DNA of 63,870 nucleotides, the filler included, from Choristocarpus tenellus KU-1152 (Eukaryota; Protista; Phaeophyceae), in the NCBI GenBank assembly GCA_964200185.2. It is 11 parts of 11 records of this genome, joined end to end, with 100 filler letters (N's around TTAATTAATTAA, not from the genome) between each part and the next. Parts side by side here need not be neighbours in the genome. Positions count along the whole stretch, not along the records: positions 5,629 to 13,884 come from CAXNAD020004928.1; positions 13,985 to 17,777 come from CAXNAD020017892.1; positions 17,878 to 22,808 come from CAXNAD020012485.1; positions 22,909 to 25,528 come from CAXNAD020026208.1; 7 more parts are not named here. The stretch is one strand, 5' to 3'. A program made the translations under genes and the position numbers. The notes beneath the pieces are model-generated. The model saw nothing but the letters and a program-made list of their open reading frames with translations. It had not been told where the DNA came from and did not search any database. Each line of letters opens with the position of its first letter. Position 1 is the first letter of the stretch. This document shows, one piece after another, positions 13,301 to 25,450 of the stretch.

Positions 13301-13884
13301 TCAAATTCAAATTTGCTAGTATTTTGGTAGAATCTGTCAATTGTTCTAGCAATTTTGCTTGATTTGTATCATGCTTTTTGGGCATACTTGGAGCCTTGAG
13401 ATATGCTATCCTTCATGCCAAGCCCATGCCATCTGAACCTATGAAATCAATACTTAGGAAGGACACAAATGATCCCTTCCAACCCTCTTCCTCCCCGAGG
13501 AACTTGCATCCCTGTATCTAAGTCCTGCCTTCACATGTTCCTACAACTGTGTGTGTGTGTGTGTGTTTGACTCTTCTGTACTGTTTTCTTAGCCCAACAA
13601 ACAGTGCTGATATTGGGCACCGGTGGGTGCAGCCTGCTTTGCAACAGCTACGGCATGCTTCCTGGAGTGGCGATATCCTGCCAGGGCAGGTGGCAACAAA
13701 TTCTCCTTGGCAACCCTCTGCTACTCAAGAGTGGCATTCATCACCTGGAGGGCATGTTGCTGGTGCTAGCAGTGTGGTGGGGCCTTCCCCTGAGCAGATC
13801 CAGGGTATCAAGAGGTCACCAGATGGTGACATTCCAGGGGATGCAGGAGGAAGGCATATGGCGGCACGTATGCGGAGAGACCCC
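10398..13884 (+). CDS. Unknown low-complexity (Ser/Gly/Pro/Gln-rich) protein, 5' part. Candidate exons 10398-10661, 11225-11570, ~13593/13605-13884 (truncated by linker)
   Basis: ATG follows a CAG acceptor; GC-richer open blocks are bounded by CAT|GTGCGA, CAG|GAT, CAG|GTAAGG and AG acceptors. Exon 2 to exon 3 phases do not match, so an intervening exon is probably missing. No recognisable domain. Confidence 0.55.
12918..13156. repeat. Minisatellite, four ~62-bp units in A-B-A-B order
   Basis: Conserved GCAGTAATTGCTAAATAGGTTTA core; middles alternate ACAGGCGTTTGA and AAAGGTGGGTACTCTGTGG. Confidence 0.85.
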
Positions 13885-13984
13885 NNNNNNNNNNNNNNNN
13901 NNNNNNNNNNNNNNNNNNNNNNNNNNNNTTAATTAATTAANNNNNNNNNNNNNNNNNNNNNNNNNNNNNNNNNNNNNNNNNNNN

Positions 13985-14160
13985 CTCAAAGTATCTAGGG
14001 GGGGTGGCGGCTGTCCATTTTGGGTCAATTTTTCATGTCGCGATTTTTGGATGATTTGGCTGCATACTTCGGATGGATAATGTAAATGCACTTTTCCTGA
14101 TTTGGGGTCAAATGGACACCTTGGTGTAGACCCCTTCCCCCCCCCAGATACTTTTACCCT
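13985..14160. mobile_element. MITE family B (~180 bp, poly-G/poly-C TIR); ends also at 1-24, 5629-5677, 17878-17902, 36818-36896
   Basis: CTCAAAGTATCTAGGGGGGG...CCCCCCCAGATACTTTTACCC with subterminal GTCCATTTTGGG / GGGGTCAAATGGAC. The same ends recur at five contig starts. Confidence 0.8.
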
Positions 14161-14586
14161 CTAACGACTCATATGGTTGATAGGTGGCTGGGGGGGTAAG
14201 CAGGAAAGGAGTTTTGAAAGGCATATCTGCAATAGTTTTGTTCCAGAACAGGGCAAGTAGCAACACAGAGGCACCTCACGCATACTTTTAAAGCTGGATA
14301 CACCGAGCCGATGGGTGAAGCGAAGACTGACCAACTCCTGTATTCTTCCCTTGTTTCTAGACTATCTTCTTAGTGCCAGTTTAGAGATAACGCAATAACT
14401 GCTACATAGCGTTGAAGTTTTTTTTGTTTGTTTCTAGCATCGTACAGCTACTGCTGCTGGCGAATAGGAAGATATATTCAGACTCAGTTCTTATTTTTAG
14501 TGTATTTTGTTCCCCTTTCCTTGCTTGTCGTACCGCCACGAGAACATCTGCAAAATGTCAGAGTGTCAACAAAAAGATACAACACT

Positions 14587-14843
14587 GAGTTAAAGTATCT
14601 TGGAGGGAAGAATTTTGCCCTATTTGTCCATTTGGGGCTTGGTTTCCCACAGGTCTCTTGTGACATTTTCCTACTCCGAAATGTTTCGGAATAGGTAAAT
14701 GTGTATGTTCTGAAAGGTGCGCTCGGAACAAGGATATTGACACTTCCTAACAAACACAATAGTCAAAATTACATCAAAATCGCACCATTGGATTTTGGCC
14801 CCGACAAACGGACGCGGCTCTACCCTCTAAGATACTTTGACTC
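14587..14843 (+). mobile_element. MITE family A, full length
   Basis: GAGTTAAAGTATCTTGGAGGG...TACCCTCTAAGATACTTTGACTC with the shared internal sequence. Confidence 0.88.
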
Positions 14844-15909
14844 ACGTTTCAGTATAAGAGAAGGTATTCTTGTCGTTAATCGATAGCCTTACCATCTTCT
14901 GTCAAAGGGATGTGGGTGGGTTCAGAGTAAGTTGCGGTCTGATTTTCCTTTTAGGGAAATTTAATTTTGATGAACCATGCGGCAAGCAGAATGGATCACT
15001 GTGCTGGGATCCTCCTGTTAAGTTTTCTTCAAAGTTTTTTTTTGTGTACATAGCAACAGATAGGATAAGATAGGGTACAGAATCAGCGGTGCCCGCTATA
15101 GAGTTTGGAGAATTTAATATGTATTCCCCTGAATATAAACCAGACTAAGGTAGACTGTCTGAGGATTGAAGCGATCTTGTGGAAGTAGAAGGAGTTTACT
15201 TTCCTCTTTTTTATTGGGGTAATGCGAGGAACACTATCAACTTTACAAGTATCTACCAAGATACTCATACATACCTGTCGCTAAGCCACAGAATAGAACA
15301 AGGAAGACCTAAAATTTGGTGGCAAAGCTTCATTGCAAGGCAAGTTCGGGACAGCATTCGAGGGAGGAGGCAGCGAGCAACAAGTGGTGAAATGACTGCA
15401 CCCAGCATACACCAGAAATGAAATGCAAACGCAGGGCAATGCAATTCATTGGAGTACAACAACAGTTCTTTTACGTAACAGTTAAGAAGTGGTGAAAGTG
15501 TGAAGAGCGTTTGACTACAAGGCAGGGTCGACAGGTAAGGGTCGAGTTAGGTTTGTAGTCTCACACTGAAGTGCAGATAGTATCATAATGTCGCCACACA
15601 TAATAGTAGTATTGTTACGGGTAATTAGGACAAGTATTTATTCTCGCACTCTAACAAGTGCGAGCAGGAAGCTTGCGCACGGACCCCCCAGATGGGGAAG
15701 TCCGAGTTGCTATAGTTACAGTTAAAAAAATTGCAACTTAGAATAAACCAAAGGTTTTCAGATGTACTATGGCATCTGAAAAACCGATAAGAATAGACCT
15801 CAAGAACAGAGACAGCACACACGCCTCAGTTCTTTCGTATCAATATAAAAATATCTGTTATCGTATAATACATTCATAATGAAAAAACTATATCTTCATC
15901 TGCTAACCT

Positions 15910-16355
15910 GATACCTACCATGAACCTCAACACCTTGGCGGTGGAAAGTTTTGGGCCGGTCGGTAAGTAGTTTCCTGGATGAGCTTGATACACACACGGT
16001 AGTGGGGAGAGGAGCTGGAGGCTACGACAGGAAAGGGGCGGTCTAGTCCCGCCTACGACAAATAGTCTCTGTAACAACGCAGGTGGCCCTGTCTAAACGT
16101 GCCATGCGTTTTAAGCTGGAGTCAGATGGGCAAGGAGGGGCTTATTAGATTTTTGGGATGCTTCCCTAACTCCTCACCCTGGGGTGCAGGAATAGATAGT
16201 TTGGAGGCACAGGAAGGCAGTGGTAGAGCATAGCTGCGAGTAAAATAGCAAAATAGATTAGAATGGAATGAAAGGATAATAGATTATGAAATGTGTATAG
16301 TTTTCACTGTTTTTTCCCCTGACACATCTGCAAAACTTCAGAGGGCACGATAATA
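15910..16355 (+). mobile_element. Second truncated copy of the RLE-type LINE
   Basis: NLNTLAVESFGPVGK..FLDEL..VGRGAGGYDRKGAV*SRLRQIVSVTTQVALS, then the same 3' UTR and terminal motif as the 27300 copy. Confidence 0.78.
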
Positions 16356-17248
16356 TAGTACCTACCATCTTTGCTGCTCATCAGGCTATCGGTATACCTC
16401 AGGTGTTCTGTACGCGCATCAGTGCTGTCTATAGGCCTGTGGGTGGAGCTACACATCCCTTGGAGGTTGGCTATGGAGCGTTTTTGTAACATTATATTAC
16501 TTTGAAGAATACATTATTGGAGTACATTGTGAGAGTCTTGCACCATTATACTTTCATCTTCAATTTAACCTGGGGATAATCCTGATCAATGGTGAGAAAG
16601 CACTGCACATTGTGCTACTCCTCACACTAATACAAACTACCGTTGCTGGCACTGTGACCAATTGCACTGCCTATGCTTATGCCTTACTTCTTGCGCATTG
16701 GGTTCAGACATCTCACCAGTAGTCGCTTCACCTCACGCCCTCCCTCAAATCTATTGCAGTACTTGTCTCAGCATTGCTCTGAAATGGAGCTTTGCCCATT
16801 GTTTGGGTTTTCCCACGATATTGCGGCATTATAGTGACAATTAGGATAGTACAAATGTAGAGTCTGTAGCGCTTACCACTTGGACTTTGGATCATCAAAA
16901 CCAGATATTTTCCTGGAAAACGTCCAGTGTCAAACCCTTGTCTTCCTTTCGTTTTGATGATCCAAAGAGCCAAACCAATAGAGAGGTAGGCGGGTTTGAA
17001 TCCTTTTGCATTGTAAGCCACTTTTCTTACCCTATGCAATACTTTCAAGTACATAATATTTAATTCCTTTACGTGTACAAAATAGTCTGTGCAAAATTGA
17101 TGTTTTTCCCTTCCATACAAAAAATGACTGGAATTTGGCAATGACTTTCTATACAATAATACAAAATGGCTTATTTCTGTCCTTTATCGGGATCCTAATG
17201 CAACCCTGCCTTCCTCTCAATTGGTTCGTCTTAATGTCCATAACATTA

Positions 17249-17602
17249 TGTTTGTGAGATCAGGCACGGATTATGAGATAAGGAATGAGAAATATTTCGA
17301 AACTATCCTGCAGGCCGCCGATCAATTTCAGTGTGGCAGCTTTCAAATGACCAGATTATTAACAAAAGCATATCTCACTCTACAAGTAACAGCTTACAAA
17401 TTTTGGCGATTTAAAAGTTTTTTCACAAAAATATCGATGAGCTCTCCCTCTTGTGTTCGCAAGCTTTCACTCCAAAAAACCGACCACTTCAAGAATCTGG
17501 CCATTTGAAAGCTTCCACACTGAAATTGATCGGCGGCCTGCAGGATGGTTTCGAAATATTTCTCGTTCCTTATCTCATAATCCGTTCCTGATCTCACGAA
17601 CA
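17249..17602. mobile_element. Long-TIR (~108 bp) MITE/foldback element flanked by TA
   Basis: 17249-~17357 is the reverse complement of ~17494-17602 (TGTTTGTGAGATCAGGCACGGATTATGAGATAAGG... / ...CCTTATCTCATAATCCGTTCCTGATCTCACGAACA); TA on both sides. Confidence 0.85.
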
Positions 17603-18549
17603 TACTGTTCCATGTAGCGAGCAGCATGCATTGTGCACTTGAATGATCCTATTTGTTCCTATGCCGTAAAAATGCTGGTAAGTGGAAACCCGAATGAGGT
17701 GGAAGGGCTCGATTGTAGAGTGGCGTTGAGGTGGAGAGCCAAAGTATCTTAGAGGGTACAGCCGCGTCCATATGGGGNNNNNNNNNNNNNNNNNNNNNNN
17801 NNNNNNNNNNNNNNNNNNNNNTTAATTAATTAANNNNNNNNNNNNNNNNNNNNNNNNNNNNNNNNNNNNNNNNNNNNCTCCCCCCCCCAGGTACTTTGAG
17901 TCTACCTGGGTAATAAAGAAACAACGTGACACAAAAAATTGGGAGTGTGAGTATATAAATGGCGAGAAATAGCTACCTAAGCAACGTCTATACCATGGCG
18001 GTCAGAGACCACTCATTTATGATCAGAGGTGTATGGTGCCTCCCTCGGAGCCACAGATGCCATCATGCCAGTCCTTTCCTCCAAGTTAGGAGGTGGCAAA
18101 AGCGCTCCAAGACCATCCGAGGAGAAGAAAAAACCAAGCAGAAGAAATCCAGTAGATGGTCTCCAGCTTGAACACATGACACGTCTGAGAGAGCCACTTG
18201 TGGAGTGACAGACACTATCTGTTGTAAGTGGGATTTGACGGCCCCCTTCCTGCTATGACCTCTCGCCCCTCCCCTCCCCACTCCATGTGTAGCTCATGTT
18301 GAAACCTGGGATTGAATGAATCGTGCTCTTATGCAGTGGCGGGTTGGTTGCGATGAAGGGGTGTCACAGTGCAATAAAGCACTGATGGATTCATGCTGAT
18401 GAACCCAGTGACATGATGTGCACAGTCAGAGGTGATTTGGTAAGAATTTTGAGAGTATTCCTTGAGATGCTCAAAGGAAGATGTACATGCTCTGATTAGA
18501 GGGTTCTGAGGATGTGCTAACTCTGAATATATGACATCCTGTTGCGAAG

Positions 18550-19530
18550 AGGTACACTCAACGCCGAGTGAGCTCGAAGACCAAGTGGGGGCAAGATCAA
18601 ACAGAGAAAAAAGAATAATCAACATATGAGACACAACTGATAGTTCTGATGTGAAGATGAAAAGAGAAACAAAAAAACTTGAATCTGGGAGAACAGATGT
18701 GGCTCATATGCTTGTAAGTTTGACATATATGGACTGTTCTATTCTTCCTATGTACAGTGATGTTCTAACAGTAGTTGCTGAGGTGCTAATGATGTAATTG
18801 TGAGTAACAACCAGTATCGACTTGCTAGTCAACAGTCAGTATGAACTGGTAATACTGTATCGTATCAAGTACACAAAAGATGAGTAGCCTATGTTTTCAA
18901 TGCCAACTCGTCCAGAAACCTTTCTGCTTCCTTACGGAGGCGCCAAAAAATTTTACTGCAAATAATATTGTAAAACGACTATATATATGGAGAGCAGACC
19001 TGAGACACACCTCCTTGTTCTAACGGATATTGATGTTGTGATGATGAATTTTGGGAATGCAAAGGACAATAACGACCAGTCCAGTGGACCAATCAACAGT
19101 CTGTGTATATTATTGTATCCAGGTATCTTAACGCAGAGTGAGCTTGATATCTTTAGAAGGGGGCAATGCGAGGCAGAATAAGAATAATCAACATACGAGA
19201 CGCAACTGATGGCTCTGATGTAACTATCAAAGGAAAACAAAGAGACAAACTTGAATCAATATCTGGGACAATTCATATGGCACATACTATTCTTGTATGT
19301 TTGACAGAATGATGTGGACTGTTCCATAATTCCTATGCACCATGACGTTCTAACAGTAATTTATGATATGCTATGATGAGGTCCTAACGATGTGTGTGTG
19401 ACACATCTGCAAAATGTCAGAGGGTATAATAATAAATGTGTGTGTTACTAACGACCATTACAAGTGTGCGAATCAACAGTCGGTATTAGCTGGTAATATT
19501 GTATCGCATCAACTACACAAAAGAGGAGTA
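18550..19530. repeat. Diverged direct duplication (~330-400 bp; 18550-18885 vs 19125-19530)
   Basis: Shared anchors AAGAATAATCAACATAyGAGACrCAACTGAT, AAACTTGAATC, TGGACTGTTC, GTTCTAACAGTA, CTGGTAATAyTGTATCGyATCAA. Confidence 0.8.
19400..19435 (+). mobile_element. 36-bp ultra-truncated LINE 3' end with 10-bp TSD (ATGTGTGTGT); similar short ends at ~14541-14580, 21778-21825, 28535-28585, 30268-30310, 30421-30485
   Basis: ATGTGTGTGT-GACACATCTGCAAAATGTCAGAGGGTATAATAATAA-ATGTGTGTGT. Confidence 0.8.
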
Positions 19531-19617
19531 AGGTGGTACCCGTAGGTTCACCCTCTGTGACAATAGTATTTTTTTTCACCAAAACGCCACAACAGTTATA
19601 CAACAATACATATTTCA

Positions 19618-19890
19618 TTATTGTACCCTCTGTCATTTTACAGATGTGTCAGGGGGGAAACAAATGAAAACTATACGTATGTCAGTAGAAGCCCTAAAGA
19701 AATAAAATATCATAAATGTGAAAAACACTAATTTGTTACTTCACCACTATCAATATTGTACTACTGCCTTCCTGTGCTTCCAATCTACCTACTCCTGTGC
19801 CCCGGGGAGGAGCTAAGGAGGCCTCCCAAGAATCCATTAAACCCCTCCGTGCCCATCTCCATGGTGACTCTACCTTAAATATCATACAGG
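19618..19890 (-). mobile_element. RLE-LINE 3' UTR and terminus on the minus strand; coding fragment also at ~18170-18345 (-)
   Basis: Reverse complement matches 16100-16350 and 27780-28040. The 18170-18345 piece translates GRGGARGHSRKGAVKSHLQQIVSVTPQVALS. Confidence 0.75.
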
Positions 19891-21946
19891 TTAAATATTA
19901 TATATATATCAAATGAAAGGGTATGACAACAATACTTTTTTCACTGTATCGCCGAAACAGTTAATATTATATCAAATGAAAGGGTATGACAATAGCTTTT
20001 GAAGATTGTAGAGGATTTTGTATAAGCTTGGGGGAACAGGAACTATGTCCCGATCAAAGAATGGAAAAAACTTGGGGGAATATCTCCGACCCAATTTTGA
20101 AGTTCATGACTTCAAAAGATACAAAAATAAAGTAGTTGGCTGGAATTCCTTGCAAACACCTGATCCGGAGTGGGGCCCTGCCCGAGTTTGGTTGTGCGGC
20201 CATACAAAAAAAAAATCAAGATTTCCCGACATCATTTTAACGCCTTTTTGGAGACTTTCTGTGAGGACACACACACATCACTTACACAGCAACATGAACT
20301 ACGACGGTGAGAAAAGGAGAGCCGCCGAGGCTACTCTACCCTCTGGATCTATCCTCGGCACCTTCTCTGTCAAGAGCTGAAGGGAAAGCAAGTACTGTGT
20401 GACACTCAGTGCGAAGTTAGGTGACGAGAAAGTGCGAGTAGTGTGGCGCAGCAGCATGATCAAATCACGAAATGGACCACGCGGTCGCGACACTGAGAGA
20501 AGATGCATTGAAAGCATTACCATGGAAGCGTGGTTGAATCAGTCTTCAACCACGTTGGAGAACTGCTCTGCAGTCTCTACCACCTCGGGAAAACAGGAAG
20601 AGAGCGGCGAGTCCATCATCAGGTGGCACAGTGACGAAGTCTGTGGAGAAGCCTGGTCGCGGCGGGCGAAGGGAGAACCAAAGTGACCAGCCGAAGGGAA
20701 GGTTGAGGAAGAGAGCAGTGCGACTGCGTGCCATTGCGCTCAGAAAACGCCTAAGCGAAAACCTGGGTGTAGAATATCTTAGCAGTCAACAGTTGCAGCA
20801 GACCCTAGCTGTTTGGAAGCTATGTGAGCCGGAGTGGCTTAGAAAACGAGAAAGAAGGTACTAGTATTGGGCTACAAGGGCTCTGAACCCGAAAGAAATT
20901 CGAAAGGGCTCGCAAGGTAGAGAAAGCGATCGTAACAAAGGCAGCTGTGTAGACTTTTCGATATAAGCTAATCCTCTACTTAGAAGAGGTCGAGGTGGAG
21001 GTAACCATCGATGTGGACGCCAGGGAAGAAGAGGAGGAGAGATTGAGACTTTTTGCACACAACGATAGTTTGGTGTCTCCCACTTCTTACAATATGTCGT
21101 GCATTCACCTTTCTTCCTAGACTTAGGGTTGGACGTAAATAAAGCTGATCAAGGCTTTCTTCCAGCCTGCATTCACAATTTTCGATCAACTCAAGCCTGT
21201 CCTCCCTCGCCCTTGAGCCTTAGACTTCCTAACTAAGGACCACATCAAGGTGTCGGAGCAAGGACGCTACGAGAGGCGTTTCGTTCTGGGCGTCGACGAG
21301 GATATCCTTCCCGAGGTCAAAGAATGGGTGCGCGAACACACAGGAAGAACGAGTGGAGAGGCTTTTCCCCCGCCTAAACCCTATACTTCAATCAAGTAAC
21401 AGTGCATCTGTTGCGCTCTTGGTGACCTACAATCCAGGGTTCGAACCCCAATATGAGCAGTCTTTCTTCAAAAATAGGAAAAATGGCAAAAAAGAAAAAC
21501 GAAGTCCGTACTCTGGAGAGCGTTGTGACGGGCATCATGAATATGCTTTTATTGTTTTAATCTGATCTCTACATCAAGCGTTATGACGGGACAACCCCAG
21601 AGGGCGAAGCTACTGGTACCACTGTTGCCTATGCCTTAACATTCATCAGGGGTGCAAACGTTTTTTACATTTAATTCCGAACAGAGAAAATATGATTAAA
21701 ATTGTGGATAATGTTTAGAGAGGAATCTCTTGTACTAACGACAACTGTTATTATTTTTACAGGGATCGTTGTGATATAGGTTTGGCTTTTTCCCTGGCAC
21801 ATCTACAAAGTTTGAGGGAATAACAGGAAAACTTGTGGAGTAATCTGGATTTTGTGGGCGCGAGAATTAGAATGGGTGGCAGGTGAAGGAGTAGAAAAAA
21901 GGAAAAGAGGAAATAATGGTACTACGTAGTAAGAAGGAAAGGATTT

Positions 21947-22102
21947 GGAGTAGGCAAAATATATACATTATGAAAAGGTGTGTCTGGAACAAGGATATTG
22001 ACACTTCCTAACAGATATGATAGCCAAAATTACATCAAAATTGCAACATTGGATTTTGGCCCCCGAATTAACGCGGCTCTACCCTCTATGATACTTCGGC
22101 TC
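21947..22102 (+). mobile_element. MITE family A partial copy (other partials at 17736-17777 and ~26287-26392)
   Basis: 3' half of the family sequence (…TGACACTTCCTAACA…GATAGCCAAAATTACATCAAAA…CTCTACCCTCTA…). Confidence 0.8.
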
Positions 22103-23837
22103 AATCACATCTATTCACAACACAGACTACGCATTTTACTCATTGGTGCTTTGCAACACCATGATTCCTCATCACTCGTAGTCTACGAATTTTGCTCACA
22201 AGTATGGTGCATTCGATTCAGGTTTCAACAGTGATTGATTATCCCAGCATTCTAGACCTACTTTTTGTGTAGTACGCGAGGACTGCTGGGGGATCTGGAC
22301 AGGCAAACTGACGAGTAGACTAGATGAACTGGCCCTCAGTTTGACACACCCCCGACCCCAGAGGTCATGTCCCCCCTGCCCCCCGTGTCACTGTTTACAA
22401 CATTGGACATTACGGTGGGTCAGGCGAGGAGTATGTAATCTCGCTGTACTCTGGAGAATCCCAGTCACAGTTGTTCAAGAGGACAAATACCTGGGGGGGA
22501 GACCAGTCATCGAAGTCTCCACGCCAAGATGGAAGTTGGGGGGAAGGGGTGGAATCAGGGGAGGCAAGGGCATACCAGCCGCGTGCCGTTCCTCTCTGTT
22601 AGGACAAGAGTACCCTTCCTCTAAAACGGAACGGGTTCTCCCAGTTTGACTACTTCAAGTAGAGAGAGGGACAAATCGAACGATAGATAGAGAGGAGCTC
22701 AAGAATGGGAGGAGGGACTAAGTGCTACAGGCGATATGTCTTGATGGCGGTTTCATAAACGCCATTATGACATTGAAGTTCTAGATTTTATATATTTGTA
22801 CTCCTTGANNNNNNNNNNNNNNNNNNNNNNNNNNNNNNNNNNNNNNNNNNNNTTAATTAATTAANNNNNNNNNNNNNNNNNNNNNNNNNNNNNNNNNNNN
22901 NNNNNNNNACGTTCTCGCAGCACCAGTGGAATCAACCGGGAACGGCAACATGGCTCTGGAGGGCGTTTGGGGGGGGGGCGAAGAAGGGGGGGTAACAAAG
23001 GAGGTCTCTCCAAAAAGACTCTCAACATTGTGACCAATCTAGAGGTGAGACTTGAGAGTTGGGCGGACTCTCCAAGTGAGGGAGATGTATTTATCGTTGT
23101 GGTGTATTTTGGTAGATGGTGAATAAAGTTGAAAGCACTGGTGATGGATTTTTTTTTCTCACAGTGGTTTGTTTAACTATTTAGTTCACTTGTGGTTAAA
23201 TGATAACCTATTTTTTGTTAGCTAGTGTGATCATTTCACTGTTGTTTGAAAATGTAACAGGGTATCACTCTGGGGCTGCCTCCTGTATTGCGCTGTAGCG
23301 ATGATACTGATGTGCTGTTGTAGAATTGAAGGCTGTGACTCTTTTCATGTGCACCAGTGTTTCAACCCCTTCATATCCAAGACCCTTGTCAGAGATGTCT
23401 TTTATATTGCCGGACGCAACCATGTAAATCCTGTTGAAAAGCACTTAATCACATGGAGATGCTACTGATGGTGCCTTTTGATTGTTATCTCTTCCCCTGT
23501 CCCTCATCTTGTTAGTGCACCCCCTCTTGCCTCTATGCCCCCCCCCACCCCCAAACTCAATCCGCATCTGTTTCTATTTTATTTTTTGGGGACTTGGTGT
23601 TACTCAGCTTACTTTTCATTTTAGGCATGGCCATCAATTTTTCGTAGCGTGAGTGTCCAAACAAGATAGCTCCCTTTCTTGCTGCTTGGTGTTGGTGCTT
23701 ATCTGATGATCTCCACCTGTATTGCCTTCTGTCTTGGCTATCGTACCTTCTCAATCAAAACTCAACCCTTTCCAATTTCTCCTTGTCTCGGGTAATTGTG
23801 ATTGGTTGTTCCAGAGTCACTCTGATTTGGGGTGTAG

Positions 23838-25450
23838 GAGAGAGGAGGAGGAGGAGGTGGAGGAGGAGAAGAGGCTTGCGGTGGAGGAGCGAAGGCTGAA
23901 AGAGAATATGCGACAGAAGGTGATATCAAATATTTGTTATATGATTTGATCTGATTTGATTTGATTTGATCTGATTTGATTTGATCTGATCTGGTGTGAT
24001 CTTATTAAATTTGATTGATTTATAGTGACAAAGAGTGTAGCCTGGGCGAAGTATCTACTGCGAGGACTTTGTGGGGATAGGTGACCAACAACAGAGCTTT
24101 TTTTTGTGTTGTGTATGTGGCTTTGTGTATAATGTTTCATCTGCATGTCCTGTATAATGCTGTGAGTGAATCTGGTTAGTGATCATTGACTCGCCTCTTG
24201 AGGTAGTGATCATTGACCACTTCATGGCGGTGCTGTTGTTATGTAACATGTTGTTACCCTTCTACATTGTGTTTTCCCCACCTTTCCACATCATTATGGG
24301 TGCTCTTTGTGATGTCGCCCTTGCCACGTAAAAATTCCCCTTGCCCCCCCCCCACCCCCTTCCTGCATTGGGTATCTGTGTTGGGTATTGTGTTATACCC
24401 TTTTGTGTGTGATGTTTGAAGGGGGATGAGGTGGACCACACTATCCGTATCCTCCTTCTGGGGGACTCAGGGGTAGGCAAGACCAGCCTAATGCTTCGAT
24501 TCTCGGGTGACAAGTTTGCACCAAATTTGCTAAGCACTGCTGGCGTGGATTTCAAGGTGATGAACAGTTTGTGCATGTAAAGGGAAGGGGGATGCAGTGT
24601 TCTGGTCTGCAAGGGGTGGGTAGAATAGTGCAGAGGAAACAACTATCATGGTGATATTATTTGGTGGATACCTCTTGCCCTGTGTTGGAACAGGAGGTGG
24701 GGAGAAGTGCATTTTGGGGGGACGCCTTTGGGGGTGCTCAGTTCCGTTGCATGGTCTACAGTGATGAACTGTAGCATGAGAGGAGGTTCGGGGGGGTTAT
24801 TGGATTGATCTTGTGTAGTATGTAGATGGTTTGGTCTGGACGTGTGTGTCCTCTTGTAAGTTCACACAAACACAAGGGGAGGAACATTTGACCAACTTTT
24901 GACTGGGTGCCTCATTTTGAGGTGTCACAAGGTGAGATATGCTATCAGTTGATGCTCGTGTGTTTTGATCTGGGGTTGCACCTCTCTCTTGTCATGCAAA
25001 AGCCCTCAAGTCTGGGCAAGGTTGTTTTGTGGTTGCTCTGGTGGATTGAGCTTGTGTAGCAGCTTTCATCAACATTGTACAGTTTTATCAGATCACACTT
25101 TTACACCCTGCCATGTTATGGCAATTAACCCCTCTCCTCCCAAACAGGTATCCCCTGACCAACCCACACCCTCACTTGTACCCCTCTCCTGCCAGGTGCA
25201 GACCCTAGACATCCGTGGCAGGCGTGTCCGGTGTCAGATCTGGGACACAGCAGGGCAGGAAAAGTTCCATGTGATAACAAGGGCCTACTACAGGGGGGCC
25301 CATGGCATTGCGCTGGTGTATGATGTTACTGACACGGACAGCTTTCGGAATGTGAATTATTGGATGGCCAACATACAGACACAGGCGGAGGCGGGTCAGG
25401 GTATCCAGAAGATTATTCTTGGCAACAAGATTGATCTACAAGAGCGAGTG
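23838..25450 (+). CDS. Rab-family small GTPase (Rab8/Rab1-like) with N-terminal Glu-rich extension. Exons ~23838-23919, 24422-24556, 25196-25450; possible further exon ~22909-23044; C-terminus beyond the contig
   Basis: ILLLGDSGVGKTSL (G1), STAGVDFK (G2/RabF1), QIWDTAGQEKFHVITRAYYRGAHGIALVYDVT (G3, RabF2-5), ILGNKIDL (G4). Phase-0 junctions ...ENMRQK|GDEVDHTIR... and ...GVDFK|VQTLD... Confidence 0.92.
23942..24020. repeat. (TGATY)n pentanucleotide microsatellite in a Rab intron
   Basis: TGATTTGATCTGATTTGATTTG... run. Confidence 0.9.
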
